A stretch of 60,345 bases of DNA, filler included, from Catajapyx aquilonaris (Eukaryota), in NCBI GenBank assembly GCA_000934665.2. It is 3 parts of 3 records of this genome, joined end to end, with 100 filler letters (N's around TTAATTAATTAA, not from the genome) between each part and the next. Parts side by side here need not be neighbours in the genome. Positions count along the whole stretch, not along the records: positions 19,590 to 40,816 come from JYFJ02006462.1; 2 more parts are not named here. One strand, written 5' to 3'. The notes below the pieces were generated by a model that did not search any database, was not told where the DNA came from, and was given only the letters and a program-made list of their open reading frames with translations. This document shows, in pieces, positions 22,881 through 38,200 of this stretch. The position numbers were made by a program, and so were the translations under genes. The first letter of the stretch is position 1, and each line of letters opens with the position of its first letter.

Positions 22881-25800
22881 ACTACAAAAATGTCAGCCGA
22901 TTCCCTAAACTGTCATGGCCGCCGATTTCTACCATTTCTATAAATTTACATCTCATTGAAACGGGTATTTGCAGCCAAAACCGATTTCTATACATCTCTC
23001 GATCCTTATTCAAGTCTGTTTGATCTACAAGTCCCGTCGATACGATTGGATTTCCCATGGGCCGAAACATCGTTAGCGGGTCAATCCTCGGCTGCATACC
23101 GAACATCAAATGCTGGCCTACAAATAAACCAAGCATATCTGGCTAAAAGCATTTAAAGAAAAATGTCTACAGAATTTTCCCAGAGTAAAGTAAACAGAAA
23201 AGTCCATATGGATAAAAACCGAGCGGAGAAATAAGGCTAACGTAACGAGCTTGCGTTGGCAGAAAAAGGAATGAAAAAAAAAAAACCTCTTTCATACTCA
23301 AAAGGCACACATTGCAGGACTTAATGATAAAAGGGACCGTGGGCTTATACAGTGTTTGGAAGAAATGCAAATATTCCGGACGAAAAGTTCGGTTCAGTAC
23401 GCAAAAACATTTCTTGCCAAAAAAAGGTCGGTTTCGCAACTTTCCTAATAAGTAGGATGTACAAAAAAAAACTTTGGGGTTATTTGGCTTCTGTTTTTTC
23501 TGCAAAACAATTTTTTCCCCCTTCTCTAAGACGAATGCTATTTTCATAAGCCGGATCAGATTTTTCAGAAGGTATTCTGTGCAAACAACCTGCCTTTCTA
23601 TCATTATGACAAAGCCTTTTGAATCCTTTTGACTACATAAAACTTCTGTTTCTATAGTATTCCGGGCTTGAATAATTAGTGAAGTGTGGCCTACATACGT
23701 AATCGGTTTTTAATTAGAACCAGCTTTTCCAGCAGGATATTGTAATTCAGTGGAAGAGCTCGATAGACGTCATTTGACATGTTATTCAGCTCTTGAAAAC
23801 CCACGCGGAATATTCAAGTGTTTACAACCACGAACTCATCACAACAATCACGAGTGTTATCACACGTGGATATATGCATGTTTGGTGCGTATTTCATAGC
23901 CACTAGAGACATATTAAGTACGAAGCAGCAAGCAGGTCCTTTCAGGGCTCTTGATATTGGATTAAATCGAGTGCGCTGTCTAAAATCCGATAATGCAAAA
24001 CTTGTGGGAGTCCAGATGTCGTCATTTTGGAAGTCCAATACTCAATGGATTCAAACTTTAAAGTAAATACAAAGTGACACTATGTTGCAGACAAAATTCA
24101 TTTTTTAAAAATAACTAATACCCTTGTAAAACCTGTATAAAGCTAGAATCCTTTTCTAAAAGAGGAAGCTCTAAAAGTGGAGCTCACCACAAGAACTGAA
24201 ACCTTCCTCGTTAGGCCATAATTGTGTTAACAATGCTGCTGCTGCAGACACCCCATAAAAGGCATACTTCCACTCGATTAAAGCATCTTTTGAACCAAGC
24301 CATGCCAACAACGCTTTATGTCCTCGATCCCTTCCGGACCAGAAAAAAAAAATCCTCCAATATTTTCTCCGATATTAATAAATTGTGAAAGACCTTATTG
24401 ATCTAGGATCTGGAACAGTTCGTTGCCGGGGTATAATTTATTCGGAGAAAAATAATTTTCTGGCAAAAAAATATCTTCAAAGAAAATCGTCTAATAACAA
24501 GGGAAGTTCATTAGAGTCTTGAATTTTTTGTATGCTCAATTTCCTTTTCCTTTCCTTTTTTTTTTGCGTTTTCTGTTTTCATGGCCGGAATTCGTTCAAT
24601 CGAAATTACAGCTTGGCTTGAGCCTATGAAACAGGTCGTATCAAATCGAATTACGGACCCAAAATGACACTATTCCGCACCTTCCAAATGACTTACAGTC
24701 TCCAACATATCCCATTCCCTGCCATTCAAGATGCAGGATCATAGCTTTTAAAGGGAATGTGAGATTTTTTTTACGAGACCCCCGAGGTAATAATACCGTC
24801 GCTTTTTTCATTAGCTAATATTTGAGATTCTATATATAAGGCTGAAGATATCCAGGGTTACGAGGATCCACTATTGAGAATCTATATATGTAATAACTAG
24901 GATTTGACCTAGAAAACGTGCGATGTGCTGACGGATATTAAAAGTCGGCTTAGCGGCCCTTATTTAATATTCTAGAAAATTATTGAGTAATCCAATTATT
25001 ATAATTTCAAATTACTGACATAAATGCTGTAATCATGCAAAGAAACAATAGGAACCATCTGACAAATGATGCTTAGAAAAAAATTATTTACACAGCAGCC
25101 GATTCTAATCGATGGGCCTGAGTTTACTGCAAACATGTTGAAATTACTTCCTAATTGCTATGGAAGTTTTCAAAAACGTGACATTGCTTTTACACAAGTG
25201 CATTTGCAATATGGCGCAATATTCTCGGGCAGACGTGGGCTGTGTGTATCCCCTAATTATGTGGAATGCAAAATCGGCCAAATTTCGCAACGAGCTAAGC
25301 GGATAAATTCCAGAGAATCAGTTTTGGTTGCCTAAACTACGTGCGAATCTGCAGTAAGAATAACTGTTCCAGCTGCTACAACTCCAACTAATGATTATGG
25401 CAAATTTAAGCTAAATCCAGATCATGTAATCAACGAATAGAAAGAGCGGTACTGTACAACCTGAATGATCATTAAATATGTATTTGTTTAAAATTAAAAA
25501 TAATTCGCCATCTTACAGCCTCCATAGTTCATCCATAGTTCATAATTTCACTGCCTAATATTAATCAACGCATTCCACAGCTACTTCAAAACTTGACTCG
25601 GTCATCCGTCAGACTTTAAGAGACAATGCCCCTATTATCTACCATACTAACTTACTACACGATTTATGCATCACCAGCACCACATAATTCATACCAAACT
25701 TCTGCACTATTCATCGGGACGTTTGTGCCAACAATTCGACGAAATTTCCGCGATTTACAGCTTCAAAGAATGCTGTACGAATGTTTCAAACGATCGGCTT

Positions 25801-28800
25801 AAAATTCACTCAGGATTTCATTACAGCGCACTGTTTGCCTTTCCAACTCTGGATTGTCTTTACCCGGGGCCCAACTCTAATTGGACACGGGATACCCATC
25901 ACAATTATGAAGATAAGAATCCGGATGGTAAAAATAAAAATAACCGGATATTCTTGCTATCCGTAGCATAACGTCGGCATGAACCGCTTGAATCAATATA
26001 CGAGCCAAAGGCGACTAATGTGATCGTAGAAGTGCAATGCGGCAGATTCGGCTATAAAAAGGGGGGTCTATAAAAGTCTACAAGATTTATAGCCTGGAAA
26101 TTCAGACTTAAAATATTCGCATGATCTTTTCGCTAATGGCGACGATAATCGTCCTATGGCGTCCCTATAGGTGGCACGACTATCGGATTTTTGGCCACCA
26201 TGTGTAATCCTCTCAGGTGTGCCCACCTTAGATGAGAAATGCAATCGCATATTCTCTAAGGCACAACAAAGTGTGTCCACTCTCGCAACCCAACATAAAC
26301 CTGGGATTGGTTTGTCTTGGACGAGACAATATTCAGTGCACGTGCCGAATGAAAGTTTAATATTCCCTTTTCCAAACCCCTCCTTTTCACGGTTCACCTG
26401 GGAATGTCTAATCCGGCCACAAAACGGGGTTTTGAAATCCCCTCAAGAATCCATGGCCATCGTAAACCGCTCGTCTCTTGCTGCCAGATCCATTTATCGC
26501 TCCTTTCATAGTCCGGCTCGGAACAAAAGCTACACAGCTCTCCATTGTTTAGTCGAGCCCCTCGGTGAACAACAACTGTGACAATCCCAGGAGCAATTAA
26601 AAGCCGGCCACTAGACTGCATGCATGCATGGAGACAATTTTGTGTACGGTTCGGTAGCAAGATAGTTGGACCATTTTGTTATTCTTGACCGTGGGCTAAA
26701 TTGTGGATATTATGGAAGCTCACCAAAATATAAAATGGAGGGGTTGCCTCAAGGACTCTCAGTATGGTCGCGCTTATTTGAAAGTGGCTTGTATGGGTGT
26801 ACACTCAAAGTCCATTAGCGTGCTCTCAATACTTGACATCAACCCATTACTCAATGGCCGGCTACTAGCTTTGAAACCTTAAAGTCAGGACACAGTAACT
26901 TTATTGACTGTACACCATATTACTGTACGCCCACAGCTAATCAGCATATCCCGTGAATCCCGCAATATTCTCAAACAATGTTACGTTGACCTTTTCCACC
27001 TACACCAGCACTCAGGTTTACACAGTAACTTTGGTAATATGAGCGGAAAGAGGGCGTAAAACTGAGCTAACGTTCTTACCCACCTTCTTTATGCTTTTGT
27101 TTGTGGCGAATTAAATGGCCCCATATGCAGCCGTTCACACAAGATGTACTCAAAATATTATGCTCCACTTCACTTACCTGAAGAAAAATAAAACTTTTCA
27201 CCGCCGCGGATTATTTTGATTCAATTCATTCCGATCCCATTCCTCTGCACCATGCAAAAATCAACACCTCCAGGGGTAGAAAATACAAGGCGAACCCTTA
27301 TATTTGAAACTGAACATTCCATGTTAGGTTAAGCCAAACCCCACTGGCCAGGTGAAAGTCTATTTCTTAAACCAAACGCTGTGAAAATATCCAATTTTGA
27401 TTAGTTCACATCTCAACCCTACAATGACAATAATAATAGGTGTCATCACGTGCATCAGGCATCTACCATTATTGTGTGACCACCCTGTATTTAAAAAAAA
27501 AAACGCTGAGTTTCACTTGCTTCTTCCGCATCACCTTCCACACAATGTACCCAAATCACAGATTCAGGTCACAACTCCCCACGACAAAGTCTCCTCCTTT
27601 GCTTCCAGAATTACATTTACAGTCTCCCCTTTTGAAACAGTACAATCCGGTTCATTGGGTGGTTCTCTTGGCAGAATCTGCCCGCAGAACCTTCTGTGTT
27701 ATTGACAACACACAAGTGTGCAAGGCTCAGTTTCGGCCTATGTTTTATTCAAGTCTTGCCTGAGTCTACGTGGCAACCACCAGTTCATCTCTTTATCCTT
27801 CGCCTTCTCCCTTCCTTCCATCTCTTGTTTTTCAAAATGGGTAATCCCGTCGCCCTTTGTTCCAACCCCATCGATATTCACCCCCAGATCTTCCAGTTCT
27901 GCCTGCCTCCAGAGAGACGGATTACACGTGACATCTGAGGAGGCTGGAGGCCCCGGTTGACAAGCTGGGACAATAACTCCTGCTGTCAAATCAGACTAGC
28001 TCCAATCTTGTCGACAACTGCTGCTAAAAAAGACTCTAAAATTTTCCAGAAATGTACATACTCATTTTTTACTTACAGGTAATTATACTACACAGACAGG
28101 TGCACATGGACAGATTCACAGCGCATTAGAAAATATGTGTGCCAAGAAGACTTGGGAGAGGAGTAAACAGGTTTTGTTTAAGATATGGTGTTTCTCGTTC
28201 ACTTGCAGTCCACACAAAAATACATCACACTCTTGGCGGGTTTATACTTACAACCAGAATAGAAATATTCTTGAAACAAAGTTTTGATTCGCTACTCGTC
28301 AGTGCCCTACAAGCACCTTTTGATCACTGGGAGCCTCTTACACTTTAACAGAATGAGACATTCCGCTTAGTTGTCAGGCACAATGTCAACCTGGAATTCT
28401 GTGATTGTTTGCTTTTAATTGGGAACTGCCAAGAAATTTTGAAACCAAATTAACGAGATCACCTTACACACAATGGTGGTGTAACCAGATTGACAAAGTT
28501 GCGTTAAATTCTCTTTGATTATAGGGCACTGAACAAAGGTTGGTACTAATTACTGTTGTTACGCTAGTCGAGAGGAAGAGAACGAGTGGAAGTTTACCTT
28601 GCTTTTTTGTTTAGCAAAACCCTGGTTTTCCTCATAGTAAGAGTTTGCAAGTCCCTTTGAACTTTACATCTTCTCTTGTCAATGTCATTTCCTCTTTTTA
28701 TTTTTGGCTTTCCAGAGCTCGTTATGACTTTGTTAGAGATCACAGTGGAGAAAAAAGACACGAGTTTACCTCAACTACGTCACTAGAGTATTGCTTTCAG

Positions 28801-29280
28801 CTCTAACAATCACAAGCTTTTCCCATCAGAGATATTCAAGATAAGTGTATTGTAGCTTTGTAACCCAAACTAGCAGGCTGCCTTCTTGCATTGTTGCAGG
28901 GACTAGATTAATTTCCGATGCAACTGCAGTATATAATGTAAAAAAATTGCTTGTGTAAGGTCAAATGCCACACGTTACATGGGTTACAGAGCTAGAGGGT
29001 AGGGGAGGATCACTTGCACTGCAACTTAACATATCACACGTTTGACACGTCACATGATCAAAGCTCACAATAACTGGAATGTCGTCAAGATAAATAATAA
29101 ATAAAATTTAAAAAATTTGCATGTGCAAGATTGTCAACATCCAGACCATGTTAACAGCCAACCTAACACATCGCTGCAATAAATATTACGCTCTAGGTTT
29201 CCTTTATTTCTGTCATTGTTTGGCACCCGCAAAATGTCTGTTCTCTCTGATTGTCGCTTCCTAACAAGGTCCCACGTGTG

Positions 29281-32200
29281 TCACATGATTCCGCATAAAC
29301 CCGACTTGCTCCGAACTACACCGCACAGCAGACAGGGACACCGAGCTCCCCCATCGTTGGTGAACTGAGACCATGACAGTCGATCCTGGATTGAGTAAAG
29401 TGGAGGCAAATGTCAATTTGATTGGAAAATATCTTCACATGGTGCCACAGTAGCCTGCCCACATCAAAGCAAGTTGGCCAGTGAAGATGCCAACAGACAG
29501 ATGCAAGAATCAGACACCAACAGACAGATGCAAGAATCAGACACCAACATGCACCACAATCTCACATGCATGTGTGTGGTTGCACGTTTAATTTGCAGAC
29601 AAGCAGAGAAGGCTGGTAATGGCACGACCACAGGTGGAAAATTGAATGACACCCAGTCACTTTACAGACACGACAATCGCAGCATAGCCCATGCATTGTT
29701 AACAGTAATCAACTACTGCAGATGGAAAATGACACAAAGGACTCGGTAACTGTCATGTGGTCAAGTCGTAAGTTGACTAGCACTGTAGACTTACACAAGT
29801 CTACAGTATAACATGGCACTGCGCCATCAAGTCATAATTATACAAAAAGAACTTGCATTGAAAAATTAAGCATGTCTGCCAGAAATAACATCATAAATGT
29901 AACCCACTTTTTCTGGTGAAGTACCCTAGTTAATTTTCTCTCCTTCCTACTTTCAGTTAATGTCAGTCTAGAAACCAGATTCAATCATGTGCAGATGATT
30001 ATGTTCCCATTCCACTTTACGATCTGACAAATGACTGAAATGAGACACATTTGGTCTCACCTCCAACAGCAATATTGCGATAGGATGAACCAGGTAACAA
30101 GCATATCACAAGCACAATTATTGCATTGACTGCAAATTTTTTTTTTAAATCCTCAGGCACAAGGCCATGTTAGATTGCATGCAAAGCTTTCAAGCATGTT
30201 AATCAGAAGACATGACAGAAGGAGGCGAAAGATGTTAACAGGGACCTTTTCAAACCTGGACTGGCTTCTTTCTGGGTGGCTGCTTGCTGTTCCACATGGC
30301 CTCAAGATGCTCAAAGTGCTGCGACTGGGCTAAGGAGGCTGCTTGCTGATTGCTCAAGCCCTGCGCAAAACATGTGCTCTCATAACGTGAATAATTCAGG
30401 AAGTAGGGGGCAATTTTGGGGAGGTGGAGGCATGTTGCAATAGCATGTGCGTCCAAAGATGACAGGATCCTAGGTTTAATCTCGAGCCTGGGTTCCCACC
30501 TTTTTCATTTTGGGTGAAATTTAGTCACATCTGCCATGTACATGCCATTCCTCCTGCTTTCACCTACTATACATTAGCAGCTTAGTATTGAATAGTACTG
30601 AAAATAAATTATAACCCGCTTGATTTTTACTAGCTATTTAAGAGCCTTTTTTGACTATTTTCAACACAAAAAAGGCCTCTCTCTTTGGGGGTTTTTAGAA
30701 CCTAAAAATCCAGTCAATTACAAGCAATAATACAGTAACTACTTTGAGGAAGTGCCTCTCTACATCTTTGGCAATAAGGAGAAAGGGCGAGTAGACCATT
30801 TTTCAGAACATTACAAAAATGCATATTTTAACCCTTTCATTCCCAAATTTTTTACATGTGAGAAAAAAAATAATTACTGCTAGTTTCCATCATTAGAGGT
30901 GACATAAAACCCATAAAACATAAAAGTTTGGATATATCTGTTAGTCAATATCAGTAGCTTCTTTACATTTGAGTCCATACGGCAACACTGGTATTTCAAC
31001 GTTATGAGCTCAAGAACAGCACATATTAAATGTTAAAATACGTGTTGCCATATGGCTACAGTGGGAATGAAAGGGTTAAGGTGAAATCACCCACCGCAGG
31101 TTATGGTGAAAGGACAAATGAGTAGGTGGAACAGTGCACATACAGTGAAACTTGATTTGTGAGGCCAGTCAAAAGAAACTGAGATTGATTTTTTTTGTGA
31201 TAAAGAGAATTAGTTCATGACTTGTGGTGAATGGCATCCTGTCCAGAATGGATTGAAGTATCAGAATATTCCACGATCCCAGGCGATGGTGACACCAGAA
31301 GTAGAGTTAGGTTCATATTCACCTCCGCTCTGCCAGGAGGTCGGGGGTTTTTGCTTCCGTTTGAAGACAACAGCAACGGAGGCATATGACATGCTAAGAT
31401 ATGGTGAAGATGTGTCCCACAGCATTCAGATGGTACCTGCTGTCCAACAAGAATTGTCGCAGCGGCACCGCACGAACTACAGTCTCTCATGTCCCTGTGC
31501 TTGTAGATTGTAGTTCGTGCGCTGCCGCTGCGACAATTCTTGTTGGACTGATAGTACAAGGCATTCAGCAAGGGTACGTAGTCGGCTTTAAAAGGGACAG
31601 GTCTACAAACGCTCATTAGAGTTCATACAGACGAGATCATTAACACCACCTATGTAGTGTGTCGGGGAAGATCCCTGCATAACAGTCGATGACCTTGTCA
31701 GAATGATTGGTACCTCCCTTGGTACCTCCAGTGGTAGTGCCCACATGATTTTTGATTGACCATTTGCACATGCGATGCGTTTGCACCCAATATAATAGGG
31801 CCCCAGGCTGTTTACACCCGAGGAGAGGTTTGCGAAGAGTTGTAACATCTTGTGGCATCACATGGTGACCAGTGTCTGCTTGTCATAATCTTATCGTGTC
31901 ATACACCTCTGTGGCTGTTTTCTTCAAATGGAAGCAATACCTCAACACTGAATTTTGGTACTCACAACCAACCTCCTTGCAGAACAGAGGCAAATGTGAA
32001 CCTAGCTCTACTTCCGGTGTCACAGTCGCCTGAAATCGTGGAATATTAGAACAAAAATTGGTGTTCTACTACTTCAATCCATTCTGGACACTATGCCATT
32101 CGCTGCGAGTCATGAACTAATTCTCTTTGTCACATAAAAATTCAGGCTCAATTTCTTTTGACTGGCCCTCGTACTTTCAACTTATGCTAGCCTCTCCAGT

Positions 32201-35200
32201 AAAATTTCTAGTATATTCGCCCTTTCTCCTTAATGCCGGTGACATGATGTATGCAACTGGTTTTTGTTTGCTAAACTTATAATTAATTAAGGTACATTTG
32301 TTCCTATTAGTAACCTAAAAATCGAATCCAATAAACACCAAGACACTGGAATATGGAGGCAACATAAAATAACTTCCCAATTCACCGCAACTTATAATAT
32401 GTGCAACCTGGGTTATAACTACAGTATGGATTTTTAGGCTAATGCCAATTTAGTTATTTTAGAGTTGGGATCGTTTTGGGAAGATATACAGGGTGTAAAT
32501 GAATTCAATCGACAAACTTGTAGGGGTAATAGAGGGGACCAAGACAAGTATTTTTGACATAGGAACCCGTGTCCGGAAATGCCATCTAGAGGGGGTTCAT
32601 AGACGAGGAACGGGTGCGCTCAGACGCTCCACGCGGGAGGCGCTAGGCGAGCGGACTGACTTGTTGATAGATGGCGCTCGGATAGTAAACAAAGGTGAGA
32701 TGTGCCATAACCTGGCAACAACAGAGCCATCTAGCATCTAAAGTACGCCTCCTAGGAAACGCGTGGAGAGTAAACAACGGTTCTGTTGTTGCCATGTTAT
32801 GGCGTATCACGTAGTTGTTTGCTTACGACGACGCGATATGCCATAACCTGGCAACAACTGCGCGTCCTCTATCAACAAAACAGTCCGCTCGCCTAGCGCC
32901 TCCCTCCTGACGCGTCTGAGCACACCCGTTCCTTGTCTATGAACCCCCTCTAGATGGCGTTTCCGGACACGGGTTCCTATGTCAAAAATACTTGTCTTGG
33001 TCCCCTCTATTACCCCTACAAGTTTGTCGATTGAATTCATTTACACCCTGTATATCCATTTCATAAGTGCAAGATGTGGAAAATGTAGGTTTTATACAGC
33101 CTAAAATTGCCTATTTCATGGTTTTGGGAACTACTTTACCTATTCTGGCATTTTGCACCTTTTCATGCCTATTTGGCCTTTTTTGAAATAGTTTTTGAAA
33201 TTTTTGGTCTTATTCTGGACCTATTCCTTCAGAGGCACACTTGTTTTTCGAGGAGTATTTTTTGTGCTCCTGAAAGGACCACAATCGTTCAAAGTAATAT
33301 TAGTATCACTAATAAAAATCTAGAAAGATATTTGGTAACACATTGCAAGTGGAAATGGGCTATGAGCAGTAGAGTTCAGAGCAAGTAATACTTGCTTGCA
33401 CTTTGTGTCTTTTGCCCACGTTTTTTTCTGTCAGTTTATCCTTGTTATTAGGTTTTTGCTCTGGACCTTATATTTATACTTTAGGCCTATAAAATTTGTC
33501 TAGCTTTTTAATTTTATCTTCAAACGTGCGAAAGTAAAATTTTTGTGCATTTTTCAGGATTTTTTCGTGTCTATTTCAGGGTATTTTCATGCCTAAAAAT
33601 CCAGGCTTTAGTTATAACTTTCCCCATCATCAAACTTGCCTCCTCTGTTCATTTGAGTAAGTTAGATACATAATGAATGGTTGGAAAGTCATGAAACTAC
33701 TTCACACAATTTCACAGATTATGCCAATACGAGAGATGAAGGTCTTACATTGCAAAACTCACACCAAATTGTCATTCTGCACTAAAGCCCCTGTACTACA
33801 TGTTGACAATCCTTTACCCAGATGTGTAGAGGTAGAAACATGGTTCTGGATTAGGAGATCTTTGAGGGAAAGACCTCCATTAGTCTATCTGCCAGCCGTT
33901 ACAGTCCGAGCATAAAATAATAACAGGCTAGCTCAAATGGGTCACTTTACTGACGAGAACAATGTCCATGCGCAACCCTTCAGGGTCAGTAAGGATGCCA
34001 TACAAAGATTGAATTAACATGGAGCCTCTGTGCAGGTGTGAGGTTTGCCAAGGGTGGACATTATTACTTGGGTGTTATTATTGTTCTTATTATTATTATT
34101 ATGGGCTTATAAAACACTTACTGGCAACCAGGGGATATCTTACCTGCTGAGAGCCAAGGTTAGAATTGCTCCCTCCTCCACTGCTCTTGGAGTTATTCAA
34201 GGTGGCAATTTCCTCCATGGAAGCAGATGCTGAGAAACGTCTGCGACGCTCCTCTGCAGTGGCTGCCATCATGGCACCGGTCAGATGTCCATACCTCTTC
34301 TGCCAGGTGTAGGTATCCAGAGACACTTCCTTTTTAAGCAGGCGGCGGAGAGGACGCTTCCCAGGACCACCGCCAGCTGAACAATACCAAATTACTTGTA
34401 AACAATGCACCCAAAAAAATAGCCAATACTAAAACAGTGAAACTTGTCTGCATGGTATTCACTCCTTTCCAGGTTCCATTAGAGAGAGCTTTCAGTGCAT
34501 GACCAAAATGAAGTGTCATACACCACACAACTATCAATACATGAACATAGTACTTATATTAGATTCCTAATGTTCCAAAGCTGATATGTAAAAGATAGCA
34601 AAATAAATCCATGAATAAAGTTACAGGTATGGAACTCGATAAAATCTTATCGAAGTCTGATACAATCATATTCCTGAATTTTATAGGTCTTCAAAGGTAT
34701 CGGGTGAAACTGCAATTTCCCCTACCTTCAGGCTCCTTGCTAGTAGGCTGGGCATAAGGCTGGTATGGAACGTAAGCTGCAGGTGTGTTGTGCACGCACA
34801 GCACAGGTACAAACTTGCTCCCAGCTAGCCTCACCACAATCCGGGTTGCATCTGTGGACATGACTATCCCTCGGATATCTGCATGCATCTGGAAGGCTGA
34901 TAACATGAGCCCAGTCTTCAGATCCCAGACCAGAACGTTTCCATCCTCCCCTCCAGAAACAGCCACATTGCCATCGGCAGTCACTTTCAGACACCGAACT
35001 GGCCCCTGGTGACCAGACATCACGTGTAACTCATTGCCAGTGTCGATGTCCCACGATATCAGTTTTGAGTCTGCAGAGGCAGACACCACAGTCGACTGAA
35101 AATAGGAGAAATATTACAACATTTGTTCCACATACTACTATGGTACATCACAATCTGGCTTGTCTGCTAATTTCCCCCTAATTTCGTGTGGTCAGGTCTG

Positions 35201-38200
35201 TATGACATTGTGGCATGAACCATTGGCTATCACAAGCACTGTGTACAGTGAGTTAGAGTGCAAAGAAGAGCTGATAAAATGTGTGATAGGTTGGCTCAGT
35301 ACCCAGGCGACATACAAAATCTGTTGCCGCATTATGACAAGTGCCTGAAGCAGGCAGGAGAAGGAGATATACAGAAGTAGCCGAAGAATATAAACTAGCA
35401 ATCTTTTGTGAGTACGAAAACTTTTTCATCACTATTGTTTTTCTTTCACAGCTCAAAGGAAATTTAAAAAATTTCTCTCATAATATGACAGCAACATGTA
35501 TGAGGGAAGTCCAAAAATTCGCCTTCCAACTTTCACAATAGAAAGATGCCTTTACACATAAAATATTTCTTGCCCATAAGTCTACTGGCTTCAAAAATAT
35601 AGACACTTAAGAAACATCTCTCTCTGAGTGCATGTACACTGACCCTTGCATATCAAATGGTACATATACTCAATCAATATTCTTATCCCACTCAGTATCC
35701 AACACAAACATAAAAGCTTCAGAACAATTACCCACTTTACCTTTGACTTGTTAGTGTGCGACACTGCAACAGCAATGACTTGTGACGAGTGTCCAACAAG
35801 CACCTGAGCCAGTTTTCCGCCAGCAATCTGCCAAACCTTGAGAGAGCTGTCCCTAGACCCAGTTATGACATACTGGGAGTCTGCAGTAACGGCCATGCAG
35901 GTTATGGGCTCAGAGTGGGTCACCAGGTACTTCTCTTCAGAACGAGTGAGAGTCCAGATGCGGACGGAGTTGTCCGAGTCCTCATCTTCCTCTCCGCTGC
36001 CAATAGCCAGAGCAAACTTCATGTTGTTGGTGAGGAGGAGGGAGCGAGATGGACCCAAACACGTCAGCAGCACATTTCCACTGTCTGCGTGCCACACCAT
36101 CGTCACTTCATCTCCATCCCCGGACACCACTCGCCGGCTGTCAGCCATCACAGCCACAGCCGTTATGGCCGACTTATGGTGCTGCAATAACGGACACATG
36201 ATAAGCTGCTTTCATGATCCATTTGTAACGCAGCAGTATTGCAATTAAATTGGTGAATGAAACTTACAGTGAATGCAGAGACAGCAAGCCCCAGTGTAAG
36301 TCCCCAAACCCTGGCCGTCTTATCGTCCGACCCTGAGACAGCAAAGAATCCGTTGGGAGCAAACGCAACGCAGTTGACCACATCACTGTGTCCCTCCAGC
36401 GTGGAATGCAGTTCCGGTGTGTTGAGCTGCCACACCTTCAGCAGGCAGTCCCTCGACCCCGTCACGGCCAAGGTACCATCGCGGGAGATGTCCATGCATG
36501 TCACAAGGTCAGAGTGGTTCACCTGGATCACCTTGCGGTTCGATGTGTATGTCTTGTTCTCCAGCTCTTGTCTGAAGTGCCACGCAAGGATCCGATTTCC
36601 ACCTGTGTACATGACATCATTAAAACAACGCCTGCTGGATGTGAACCCACACTGTACCTGCACTGAATATAAAGTCATCCTCTGGTGCCACGGCCAACCA
36701 CGACACCTGTGCTCCATGCCCCGGAAGCGAGTGAGTAGCACGTCCGCTGTGTATGGAGAACACGTACACCTTGGAGTCCGTGCACCCGGCAGCCACCCTG
36801 CAGCAATCCTCCGCCATGCACACACACAGCACCTGAAACACACTCCGATGAGAACACACCATGCCAGTTGTACACTTCAGACTTACACCCTGCCATTTGT
36901 GATTCTCTCAGGCACAATATGAGCCTAGTAATGACATAACTTACCCTGCAGCATCACATAATAAATTGTCCATATTTTCCTCTGCAAGTGCAGACATGTT
37001 TGATTCGAGCAACGTTGCCAAGTTTAAACTTTGAAACGGTGTTGCCAATTCACCGCGCGCTTTTCAAACCCTAACTCTACAGCTCCTCTAACTACAGGGC
37101 AATGTTTCGTGCCCATTTTGTGTCATGTACAGTACATATGTTACCTTAGATTTGTGTCCGGCTAGGGCATGTATCTCTGATCCGGTGGCGACGGACCTGA
37201 GGTACATCTGGTTGTCCTCGCAGAGGGCAACGAGGAACACTGAATCCCTGCTGATGTCCAGGTGGAGGACGGGCGAGGCCAGCTGCATGGTGTTGAGCAG
37301 GTTGAAGCTCTCCAGGGACCACAGGCAGACCGTGGAGTCGGAGGAGCCGGACACCAGGACGTCGTCGGCCGAGTTGACCCTCACGCTGGTCACTGGACCT
37401 CGGTGGTGGTCTATCTTCATCACCACGTCTCCGGTGCTCAGGGAAGTTATGATGATGCGGCTGTCCTCCCCTCCGCTCACGACAACCGTGCCTCCAAGAG
37501 CAGACGTGATGCACAGCACAGGTGCTATGTGCTCGCTGGAGTAGTACCGAAAAGAGGTCGTGCTATCAAAGTGGGGTCAACCTGGAGCCACAAAAATAAG
37601 GACATATTTCCAACCGGTCGATAATTACTTGTTGTTTACCTCCAGCATCGCAAGGTTTTAGACTTTTTCTAATCAAAAAAGTCCGTCCGTCGATGGACAG
37701 GTATCAGGGCCTAAAACGGTTTTCGGATTCGCATTCCGCGTGACCAAAATAAGGCTTCATGGTCAGCTTCCGGTGACCGGCCAATTCCGGTTTTCCGGGT
37801 TCAATATAACCTCCAAGGTCAAGTCTACATGCTTATTATTACACGTTTATTCATAGCTTCACCGCACGGATGTGTGTGAGTACGCGTGCAGCGAACTAAC
37901 CATTCCCATGCACAGCACCATATGTATTCACGTTAGGGGGTGACTTCGCATCTTCCACGCCAGATAGCGGTAGTATAGGGCTAGTCACGTGAGTGGATAA
38001 GTTCGCAACCTCATAAAGCGTGTTCTTAAAAAGGGGTTTTCATTAGAGAATTAAAAATTATTTTCCGTCGGTTACGTGGCAACGAGAAATGAGACTGACA
38101 CCATTCTATGTCACTGTCGATGTGTCCCATTTGAATTTCCTTGGCGATGAGAAAAAGTCTACTCGAATAACTATCGCCTGATTTGTCAATCTAAAAGGTT

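Noticed and set aside
19590..27400. Short ORFs across 20-27 kb
   Set aside because: No motifs or coherent splice structure; looks like intergenic DNA with old transposon debris.
27738..27989. Alternative last exon of the NWD gene
   Set aside because: Acceptor-like sites exist but there is no recognisable motif; cannot be supported without RNA data.
32499..33040. Repeated ORFs MNSIDKLVGVIEGTKTSIFDIG (also 40977, 41195)
   Set aside because: Translations of MITE inverted arms, not a gene family.
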